The translations under genes were made by a program, and so were the position numbers. This document shows positions 18,757 to 27,409 of a stretch of DNA of 27,409 bases, in pieces; position 1 is the stretch's first letter; every line of letters begins with the position of its first letter. The DNA comes from Penicillus capitatus (taxonomy: Eukaryota > Plantae > Chlorophyta): assembly GCA_965649825.1 (NCBI GenBank), contig OZ287703.1, positions 588,213 through 615,621 on the forward strand. Reading direction: 5' to 3'. The notes under the pieces were generated by a model, which saw nothing but the letters and a program-made list of their open reading frames with translations, searched no databases and was not told where the DNA came from.

Positions 18757-21700
18757 TCAGGGGAGCGAAACAGATTCTGATTTCTCTATCAGCGATTTCA
18801 TGCAAGGGGAGAGAGAAGAGAGAAAAGGACGATCGCCAACGACGATCAAATGATACCTGGCACGCGTGAGGGCAACATTGAGGCGTTGAGCATCCGATGC
18901 GAAAGAGCCAGCTGTGTCGATACTCATAGACAGGATAATGACGTCTTTTTCCATACCCTGCATAAAAGGACACGTGTCTATATGCAGAAGAAAGCACAGA
19001 TGGTTTTCTTGCCTGAAAAGAATCGACGGTGGCAACCTGAACGGCTTCGGATTTCTCTGCCAGGAGAGATGAGATGAGGTGCACCTGCACGACACAGATG
19101 AACAGCGTTTTCGTTCCTTACCCAAACCTGTGCTCTAAAGAAGCAGATAACGCCCAATTGATTGTCCGGCAGTCCATGGCTTGCGAGTAATTTGACGACT
19201 TTGACGACCGCACGTGCCTGCCATTGAAGCAATGTGAGATTTTTAGGGGGGAGGGGTTGGACCTCTGGTCTATTTAAGTAACTGTGCGAGTTCTCGTGTT
19301 TTGTTGCCGTTCCTGCGACTTGGACGTGACAGATCGCCGACCACTGAGGAATCAAAGCTGCGCGATCTTCACGTGTACAGCCATCGATTAGTCTTCCATC
19401 ATAGAAATGTTTATTTGGAATCGAGCAGATATCGGGATGGCATCTACAGTGCAATGACTGTATTCCAGTCTTAGCGCGATGCCGTACCTGTATTGCGTTC
19501 GAAGCATGTATGGTACATGACCCAAAGACTGAAGTCTACTGAAAAGGGGACGGGCAAAGCCATGACCTCTCTGCGGTTCCGACGGTGAAGAAACAACGGC
19601 AGGCAGTTGGCACGGATCGCCAGCAGCAATCAAATACCTAGAGTCATAGACAAATCAATATCCTGTCTTGTCTTCTATGATGTATGTCTCCCACTTCGAT
19701 CCTGTCTTGATAAGAGGCAGAATACTAAGAGGCTCGATGATCTGGCAGGCTTCATCCAACAGGATCACATCGAATGTGAGTCCTTGCAGAAAAGAACTGT
19801 TCACAGAGCAACAGGTCACGCCCACAACACAAGCGCTCGAGAGTTTTTCTCTTCTTCTATGCATCATGCCTTTTTCCACCTCTTGGAGCTCATTCCTGTT
19901 CTGTGACCCATCTACCAACCACGAGTGTGATGCCAGGACGTGCCTGAGAATAGACGCGTCTTCTGGAGATTGGACGTTCTGTAGCTGTCGCTTGAGCTCA
20001 GCCGCCGTTCCTGTATTCTCGTTTGTGTCGGAAGTGTAATAGAGTGCGTAGGGCAGAACAGATCTTGCAATTTTGTCAAGCAATCCCACGCGCAGGAAAT
20101 CTGTGTAGCCAGATTTCAGCAAGCCCTCCATAATGCGATCCACTGCTTTGTTTGTGTGTGCACACATCAGCACACGCATCGGCTTGCACTGCAAAAGGAA
20201 CAATAAGCCAGTTGTATGAGAGGATGCATGGCGGCAGTCACATCAGCACGAGATGCTGTCAGGAGATGAATGATGGCCACCAGCAGCGAGCTCTTTCCAG
20301 TTCCAAAGGGGCCGTGAATCAGACAGATCGGCGATGACGGCGCAACCTCAGCCTCCTGGTTTTCCTGCAATGTCTCTGACTGCCAATGCGAAATGCATCG
20401 AACAGTTTCTGCTTGATCGTCATTCAAACAAAACTTCTCAATACAGGCATCCACTTCACTGCCGGTTTCTAAAGCAGTTGTTATATGCGAAGGCTGTTCT
20501 CGTTGAGTTAACCTTGCTCCGGCGGCGGCGGCGTTTGAGATTCTGTCTTTGGCTGCTTTGTGATCAATGCTTCCATCAGAGGGTCCGAAATGCTTTTCGT
20601 ATGATCCATGGCTTCCCAGACCATCATCTCCAGGCCGGCAGGCAACGCATGAATCACATAGACTTTGTCTGCGCTCTGCCAAGGACGCTGTTTCGAAACG
20701 AGGTCCAAATGAATCTTCCCTTCTCTCGTGACGCCATGCCACATACTAGCAAAGACAGCAATCCAGGGGCCCCGACCGCCCGTCACATGACGTGTGAGAT
20801 TCCCTTTCTTGTATAAGAACGTTGGATCGGAACTCACAATCCACAGATCATGTTTCCTAACAAACACGGCTCAGATACAGAGCAAGTGTCCGTCCTCTCA
20901 CCTCGCCGTTTTCTTTGTCTCTTCCATCACATTCTGTAGCTCGATAAAATAGAGATCGTCTTCTCTCTTGTCTCTCTTGACCACATGCATACGGCAGTCG
21001 TCATAATACATAATGCCACTCTTTCTCAGCCAGGTCAACGTCCGCAACGGGGCAGCTTCTGTTGCCTTCTTCTCTGTCGATGGCGCTTGGTTTCGTTCCT
21101 CATCCAACGACTTCAAAACCATTCGCAGTTTTGTTCCAAATGCCTCCAGTTTTAGCTGCATCTCTTCATGCACCGCCGCTTTCCACATCTCCGAATACAA
21201 CTCGGGCTGATCGAAATGATCTGGAATGGTGACTCGGCGTTCGGAACGTTTGCCAAAGAGCTGAAAGCGCAGATCGAGGACATCGGTATCGAAACGATCC
21301 CCATCGAACTTCTGTTTGACAGAAGGACGTTTGAATGCCCGCGATCGCACATCGCCACTGACAGATGGCGGAGCGACGGCAGGAGAATTCTCCTTCTGCG
21401 TTTCCTCCTCCGGTTTGAGAAAGAGACTCAAAACCTCGGCATCTGCATACACCACAAATGTGTCAGCTTCGTAACAGCTTCCAGATCTGTCTACCCGATC
21501 GGGGCTTCTCATCGGCGATGGCTGCCGATCGCGTTTTCTTCGCACCCGGTTGCGTCTTCTCTTTCGATGAGCATCGTTTTCTCAGTCCAATCCGCATCGT
21601 CGCTCTTTCGCATCTGGGTCTGGGAGGCGACGCCGCTTTTGCTGGCACCGTCGTCGTGGCGTTTCGCTGTCCTGCCGTCGGGATCTCTTCTACAGCGCAC

Positions 21701-21930
21701 GTTTCATCGCAATTGACCAGAAATCCGTGAAAGCAATCGATTCCTTCACTCTCAGTCGTGATCCCGCCTTTGAGTCGACCTCGGCTCAGTTGCCGCCCCT
21801 CGTCGTCGCACAGCACTGCTTGGCGATTGGGCATTACTTTGAGAAACCCATCGTGGTATGTCTTGTGCTTTTTTGTAAGGTGACGCGAGTAAAGAACGCG
21901 AAAACACTGAAGGACGTCGCTGCGCGTCAT
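18757..21930 (-). CDS. ZGRF1: ZGRF1-like protein: N-terminal DUF2439 plus Upf1/DNA2-NAM7-like SF1B helicase, 911 aa, 10 exons
   Basis: DUF2439 signature FRVLYSRHLTKKHKTYHDGFL. Helicase motifs: LNDDQ, IHGPFGTGKS, CAHTNKAVD, LDEACQ, GDPCQLP, LRTQYRCHPDI, ATVDSFQGMEKDVIILS, RLNVALTRAR. Introns (minus): 21443-21494, 20857-20901, 20469-20512, 20189-20241, 19638-19694, 19444-19487, 19218-19262, 19085-19127 and 18958-19012 (GC-AG). The spliced length of 2,736 nt is a multiple of 3. The track's 21933 start is a TTG; the ATG is at 21930. Confidence 0.9.
18958..19012 (-). other. Non-canonical GC-AG intron (55 nt) in the ZGRF1-like gene
   Basis: CAG|GCAAGA...TTTTATGCAG|GGT. Only this splice rebuilds the conserved helicase motif VDSFQ|GMEKDVIILS. 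Confidence 0.88.
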
Positions 21931-22008
21931 CAAGGGCGAACGTTGTCAGGCGCCGTGTGAAACTGTCGATGATGTGACAGCCTTTAACAAGACCGACAGA
22001 CATCATGA

Positions 22009-23750
22009 TCATGTCATAGACAAGTTCACAGAATTGCGCAGCAGTTTTTTGAATTTGGGCAGCTTGTTTTGGAAGTCCTCCGTCTCGAGTCTCGGCGATT
22101 GTCCACCAGCAATGGTCAAGTACTCCAGATTTTTCATCTCTCCATTCATCAAGACACGAATGCCATCTTCCGTGATCTGAGGGCACATGACGAGTTCCAA
22201 TGTGCGCAGGGAGGTAATCAGGGACAAGTGCTTCAGAATGCCATCATTGATTCCGGTCGAAAATTGGAAGACCATGGTGTTGAGTTCCGTCAACTGAGAG
22301 AGCTGCCCAAACTGCTGTCCCTTGATGGAAGGACAGGCCGAAAAGTAGAGCTGCTCCAGATGTGACAGCCACTTGAGAAAATGCACGATCTCGTCATCCA
22401 ATCGATCACAGTTCTCGAACTGCAGCACACGAAGCTGTCGCAGCTGAGAGAAGCCTCTCATGTTTTGAGAGCACAGCAGGGGACAGCCTTTCAGATAGAG
22501 CTCCTTCAGAGACGTGAGATTCGAAACATCGTCTCCTGTCAGAGAAACGGGATTCCAGAGAACCAGTTCCGTCAGTCGGGTCAAATCGGAGAGCCCATCG
22601 AGTGAGGGTCCTGTCGATGGTGGATCGCAGTTGCTCCGAGACGATTGTTTGATCGTCAGCGAATGAAGATGTCGTAGCGTAAAAAGAGCGACCAATGGGG
22701 CAGTCGAAGGTCCGACGTTGCACAGCTCGAAGGTTCTGAGTGCCGGTAGACGGGAAACGACGTCGCAGATGTGCTTCTTCATCAATCCACGTCCGGCCAC
22801 ATGCAAGAACTGCAAAAGAGAAAGAGATATCAACGCCTCGAATCCGTTAAGGTCCACAGCAGTGTCCGTTGCCAAATCCAATCTCCGCAGCTGTGGCAAG
22901 TAGCAGGCCAACCCCTACGACATCGCAGTCCGCTTCCCATCCCAGATATTATCCTTGCGATTACTTGTAGCAAAGCGTTCGTGTCTGGCAGTTGAGTGTC
23001 ATCGGCTTTGAGCTGTAGGGTACGGAGAGATGTGAGTTTGAATAGAGGGTCGATGCCTTGGCCGATGGCCGCCGAACAGTAATTCAGTTTCAATATTTTC
23101 AAAGAAGAGACGATTCCGATCAAAGACAACGCCTCAAAGCGAAGTCCCGGACAGCCACTGGCGTTGAAGCTCGTCAACGACGACAGACATTTCAGTTCTG
23201 CCAGTCCATCGCTCGTCAAACTGTAGCAGCATTTGACGTTTAGATGCCGCAGACGTGTGAGATGCTTGCAGAGAGTCGAAAGTCCATCGTCCGTGATGAG
23301 AATGCATCGACCGAGATTGAGACTCTGAAGCTGCGTGAGGGGATGCAGATGCGCCAATCCGACATCCGTGATCTCGCGACATCGTTTTAATCTGAGGGCT
23401 GTCAGATTTTCCAATCCGACCAAACAAGGCAGCCGTTCATCTCGCACTTCACAAGCAGCGCTGAGGTCGAGGCAACCGACTTTCGGAAATCCTCTCCTCA
23501 GTGCCAAGGGGAGAAAATTGTTGGGTCGCAGGATAAAGGGAGCGAGATGTCCCACGGCGTTCCAGGTCTTGGATACGAGAAGCAGAGCTAGGTGGTCACT
23601 TGGAGAGGCGTGTACAAAAATCCTCAACAGGACGTGGTGGTAGAGCTCCTCTGGCAGAGAGGCAAGGGAACAGATAGGCTCTGTGGGATAAAAGTCGACA
23701 TTGGCTGTCCCTTGTTTTAGACAGAACCAGGTGAATACGTCGCGCAACAT
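22009..23750 (-). CDS. F-box/leucine-rich-repeat protein (FBXL/AMN1-like cysteine-containing LRRs), 563 aa; complement join(22965..23750,22009..22914)
   Basis: F-box-like SLASLPEELYHHVLLRIF...LLLVSKTWN, followed by many LxxLxLxxC..ITDxGL repeats (LTALRLKRCREITDVGLAHL, LQSLNLGRCILITDDGL, LRTLELVMCPQITEDGI). A 50-nt GT-AG intron (22915-22964) joins two track ORFs. Confidence 0.88.
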
Positions 23751-24180
23751 GCTCGAACAGAGAACGAAGAGCGTATGTTGAAGAATGCTTTTAAGAACAT
23801 GACCTCGGCGCTGATACGGTGTCCAACATGTGATGGGACGTGAGACTGTCGCTGGACACCTTATTCACGAGGAACAATGGCGAAGAGTGATGACCGTTAG
23901 GTCGATTTAGAAGTCTTTTCGCAGGCAAAGAACAGGATACGCATCTTGCCGAGCGATGACGTCGGTCGCCTTCTCTTTGTCGACGCTTCGAGCAATAGAG
24001 ACCTCCACTGAAGAGAGATGAATAGATGTGTATTCGAAGGCAAAGAAAAATGAACAGCATTGGTGACGATGAAAGAGAAGATCGAAAAATCCACGATTCT
24101 CTCTGATTCGAAAAGGGAAGAGAGGTCGTGCGAATATCAAATCGAAGCGTTGTCCATTGACACACCGCTGTTCGAAATGC

Positions 24181-24453
24181 AAAGCCATCTGTGGCCTGAC
24201 AGTAACGAAGTTCAAGACGCCGCAACGATTTTAGATTCTCTCTCAAAGTGTGCGCCTTGAAATGGAAATCTCCAGTGATGCAAGCGAATCATATGGATGC
24301 CTTGGTTTGGAGGCCATATGAGAGACGCCTGTCGGTCAGCTCTGTTTCCTGTCATGCGAGCTCTGTCAATTTCGTCATATTCGTTAGATCTTTTGCATCT
24401 CCCTTGAAGAGGATGTTGTTTGATGCAATCCAAAGGACACCTGCATCCAGCAG
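24181..24453 (-). pseudogene. Possible degenerate LRR gene fragment upstream of the F-box/LRR gene
   Basis: One frame reads LLDAGVLWIASNNILFKGDAKDLTNMTKLTELA*QETELTDRRLSYGLQTKASI*FACITGDFHFKAHTLRENLKSLRRLELRYCQATDGF. This is LRR-like (compare VLWNPVSLTGDDVSNLTSLKEL in the neighbour) and has in-frame TGAs at 24354-24352 and 24291-24289. Confidence 0.35.
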
Positions 24454-24731
24454 TCACATCAACAAATCTTATGACGACGACGTTTTGTGTCTGCTATTCG
24501 TCGCCAAATATGTTAACGCATTCGGTCGCCGCCAGATGGCTCTGTCCTCGGGTGTTGCGTAAAAGCAACCTGCCTTTGGCGTCCCGCTTCCGGCACGGCC
24601 GATCAAACAGGCCAGAAATCAAGATTAGGACATTCCTGCAGATCGCCGTGCGTCACCTTCCAATATCAACCAAACCCGAATCTCTGTAGAGAGTTTTAAA
24701 CGGTCCGAGCGATTTTGACTTCTTTAACGGA

Positions 24732-25357
24732 ATGGAGCTCGGTAGCCATTTGGCACCGACAGAAGCACCTCCAGATCTCGAATTCGCCACCTTTGCAGGC
24801 ATAAGACATATGCCATTGCCATCTATGCCTCTTCTATCGACTTCTTCTGTAGGAGGTTCGTTTTGGGGTCTTCAACTCGCCTATCAACGCGTTCCTGGTA
24901 TCGTCGCCTCTGTCGTTGGATACACACAGGGTCGTCTCCCCTTTCCTTCCTTCTCCATCGTCCTCACCGACACCACAGACCACGCGTTCGCTGTTCAAGT
25001 GAACTCATAGATCTAGATAGAGTCCACATAGAATTTTGACGGGTTCAGGTGTTGTACAATCCGGGAACGGTGAGCTACAGTGAGTTGGTCGATGAGTTCT
25101 TTTCCCATGTCGATCCGACAACGCTCAACCGCCAAAGAGACGATGTCGGCAGACTCTATCGGTCTGGAATCTATTATCACTCGGAGGAACAGAAAAACGT
25201 TGCCGCAGAGAAGCTAAAGGAGCTGCAGGAACTCATTGACGCCGGTGAGTTTCGGAAGACATTGGAAAAGACGGTCGTCGTCGAACTGAAACCTGCGGTG
25301 GACTTTTTCATGGCAGAAGAGATCCATCAGCAATTTCTGGCAAAGGGCGGAAAGTAA
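24732..25357 (+). CDS. Peptide methionine sulfoxide reductase A (MsrA)-fold protein lacking catalytic residues, 173 aa; join(24732..24798,24853..24998,25049..25357)
   Basis: FATFAGGSFWGLQLAYQRVPG, VGYTQG, TTDHAFAVQVLYNP, DPTTLNRQRDDVGRLYRSGIY and FFMAEEIHQQFLAKGG are unmistakably MsrA-family, but the GCFWG Cys is Ser. Introns are 24799-24852 (GC-AG, 54 nt) and 24999-25048 (GT-AG, 50 nt). An upstream transit-peptide exon (~24471-24685) is possible but unproven. Confidence 0.87.
24799..24852 (+). other. Probable GC-AG intron (54 nt, in frame, no stop) in the MsrA-like gene
   Basis: GCAG|GCATAA...TTCTTCTGTAG|GA. Removal gives the family-length ATFAGGxFWG; retention would insert 18 aa just before the active-site loop. 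Confidence 0.7.
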
Positions 25358-25542
25358 AGACCCTTATTCAGCTGCTCTGCTCGTCAAGTCTTCACGCATA
25401 GGTATGGAAAACCCCAATCGGCCGAAAAGGGATGCAAGGACCCCATACAATGGTTTGTTTAATACCTGAGGGAATTCCGATCGATGGGAGTTGCCGTGCG
25501 TAAAGAGAGACCGATTTTGGGCTCTGTCGTGTGGCAAGATGT

Positions 25543-26565
25543 TTACGGGATCGTGTACTGTTCAATGATATAGTCGATGATTTTCTCCGAGTCGCCGACA
25601 GATGTGTTCGTGTTGGGATCGACCAAGAAGGGCACCGTCGTCGATCCAGATACATCTCTCAGTCTGTCTCTGTTCTGGCTTCCTTTCCCGGCACTGATGC
25701 ATCGATACGGAATCTCCAACTCGCACAGCACTTCCCTCACCTATGCGGCGGCGCTCTCGCGGCGTGGGAGTGGATGATGGGTGTCGGTCTTACCAGTCGC
25801 GAGAATTGATTGTTTTCGTAGTTGTAGAGTTCCAGCAGCTTGAGTGATCCCTCGGCATCACGCCGCTTCTGATAGCGATTTAGTCCTCGTCCGATTCTCA
25901 GCACGGTTGGCATCCATCCCGTCAGCATCGTTGTCTCCAACATTCCAGTTGGTGGATCTGCAACTCTCCCTCGAGAAGAGCGACGATCATGGGAGATGTG
26001 CTTGGATACCTCGTGAAGAGCCGTAGGTGCCGTATAGGTATTGCACAATGTCGCCGCTTTCATACAGCTGTGTGTCCGTGTTTTCATCGACCATGAATGG
26101 AAACTGCAGTTTGCCACCGAGGTCTTGTACCAGATCGCGATGCACTTGTGCGTTTTTGGGACAGGGGTAGACATCGACGGTCAGATCCAGATCGGTGACT
26201 GCCTCACGTACACGACGGCAGAATGGACATCCTTCGAATTCGTAGATCCGGATAGGAAGTGATGGTGTCTTCTTGGAAGGGGAAGTCGCATTAGTGCCGT
26301 AAGGGAGCCGTGCCACAGATGCCAGTCCCGAAGTCGTGACCTCGAGCCAACGTGGACGGGGGTCCCTCAGGTCCGCAGAGGAGAAGACGTTAAGCAGGGG
26401 GCACAGATACGACAGAAAGCTTCGAGATTCATCGCGACCGTCAGCGACATCGTCGTTTTTGACGCGGACAACGAGAGAACGTCGATAAAGAGGCGGCGTT
26501 TGGCGATGCAGGCAAGGTTGGGCAAACAGATGCGGTCGGTTGGAGCGAGGCGTAGTAACGGACAT
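25543..26565 (-). CDS. Tandem glutaredoxin/GST-N-terminal (thioredoxin-fold) domain protein, probably plastid-targeted (plant At4g10000-like), 305 aa; complement join(26010..26565,25794..25957,25543..25740)
   Basis: Domain 1: IYEFEGCPFCRRVREAVTDLDL...GGKLQFPFMVDENTDTQLYESGDIVQYL. Domain 2: LYNYENNQFSRLVREVLCELEIPY...VPFLVDPNT...DSEKIIDYI. R/S/P-rich N-terminal leader. GT-AG introns 25958-26009 (52 nt) and 25741-25793 (53 nt). An in-frame TGA lies two codons upstream of ATG 26565. Confidence 0.88.
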
Positions 26566-26904
26566 CCTTCAACAGGGCTATTCGCCAGAAGGATTTGTGA
26601 AAATGCGAACGATCTGATGACCCATGGGTCGCATTCCATGCAGTGGATAACGACGATCTGGTTGTGACTCTAAATAAGAAGACCGATGATCACTCTCTGT
26701 GTGCGCAATACCCAAACATCCTCTCGACAGTGCTCAAGAGAGATTGCTCGTTTCGACCGATAATAAAACGCATAGCTAGTTGGCTTTGTCTGCTTTATAT
26801 GGCTCTGGGCGATAGGCACAGGGGCGTGGAAGATTCTGTCGGCAAGATAGGAAGACGGCTCCATAATGAGGTCATGATGGGGCGAACACAGAGGACGGAA
26901 AACG

Positions 26905-27409
26905 ACTGAGGGGACTGCCTGGCTGGTCCTGGGGCCACACCGTCAAGGGACACTCAGGGTCTTGTCAGAGGGGGTCTTGGGCTGAAAGGGGGCACGCGTC
27001 TCTGGCTAGGGGCGAGGGGTGACTCACCGTCGGTGAGAGTCACATCGTTGAGGGAACATAAAAGGAGACTTTTGGTGAACGTTTTTGAATCTCTGACGTT
27101 GTAAGGTTTTCGGGTGCGATTTCAGCCTGGCAGACGACGACGAGCAACGTCCGGTTTCGCACGCGACTGTCCATTATCCCCCGCTGCAACAGGGTTCGCC
27201 CTACCTATCAGCCCTACGGTTTTGGAGGGAGGGAGAACGTCGGAGTGTGGACGCTTCCGACTTATTCCAACGCGGTGCCGAACAGGTAGTGCACAACGCC
27301 GAACTGTACGAGTCCCGAAGAAGCTCCGCACAAGAAGAGCGGGGTGATAACCTGAACGGGGCTGGTCCGTCAAATCATCGAGAAGTGGAAGAACATCAGT
27401 CGTCTTCAC
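26905..27409 (+). other. G-run-rich segment with a hairpin followed by an ATG-less open frame running off the edge; possible mobile-element end or GC-rich promoter/5' exon
   Basis: Nine G3-G5 runs between ~26910 and 27019; a near-perfect inverted repeat GTGACTCACCG-T-CGGTGAGAGTCAC at 27019-27043; CATAAAAG at 27057-27064; a + frame open from 27097 to the edge. No second copy or target-site duplication is visible in the window. Confidence 0.25.

Noticed and set aside
24060-24689. Plus-strand ORFs 24060..24260, 24248..24562 and 24420..24689 as independent genes
   Set aside because: No family motifs. 24420..24689 might supply a transit peptide to the MsrA-like gene via a 60-nt intron (24686-24745), but that length is outside the local range and unsupported.
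24858-24860. Selenocysteine-type MsrA
   Set aside because: The codon is TCG (Ser), not TGA, and no SECIS was recognised.
26619-26630. Perfect 12-bp palindrome GACCCATGGGTC
   Set aside because: Several are expected by chance in 27 kb (about 27,000/4^6).
27101-27125. GTAAG...TTTCAG intron-like segment
   Set aside because: Only 25 nt, far below the local intron size, and no upstream coding exon fits.
27272-27290. CGGTGCCGAACAGG as a retroelement primer-binding site
   Set aside because: It lacks the required TGG start and a preceding LTR-terminal CA, so the resemblance to tRNA-Lys PBS sequences is too weak.
26643-27409. ORFs 26643..26909 (+), 26670..26864 (-), 27114..27347 (+) and 27122..27409 (-)
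   Set aside because: Mostly non-ATG starts, atypical composition and no recognisable domains.
1-27409. tRNA, rRNA, CRISPR arrays, long tandem repeats, prokaryotic operon signals
   Set aside because: None was seen. The intron-containing genes show this is eukaryotic nuclear DNA; the only microsatellite-like run (CCG repeats near 20521) just encodes polyproline.

Overview
Gene-dense eukaryotic nuclear DNA (~50% GC) with tiny spliceosomal introns. It is most consistent with a unicellular red alga or another primary-plastid alga (inference from transit-peptide-like leaders, a cyanobacterial-type gene and ~50-nt introns). The left half is one uninterrupted minus-strand reading frame that is absent from the ORF track because it has no stop inside the window. 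It runs from ATG 13324 off the left edge (>=4,441 aa) and encodes a midasin/Rea1-like giant protein with six tandem MoxR-type AAA+ modules. Its catalytic pattern is not the canonical midasin one: modules 1, 3 and 5 are intact, modules 2, 4 and 6 are degenerate, and arginine-finger losses largely match. It also has no frame-breaking intron although its neighbours are intron-rich. The right half holds eight spliced genes with 22 hand-reconstructed introns of 43-57 nt, two of them GC-AG. These are NOG1, a coiled-coil protein, a cyanobacterial-type plastid protein, a cupin missed by the ORF track, a ZGRF1-like helicase, an F-box/LRR protein, a cysteine-free MsrA-like pseudoenzyme and a tandem glutaredoxin/GST-N protein. 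There is also a probable LRR pseudogene remnant and a G-rich/hairpin segment at the right edge. All calls come from manual translation and motif recognition; no database search was run.
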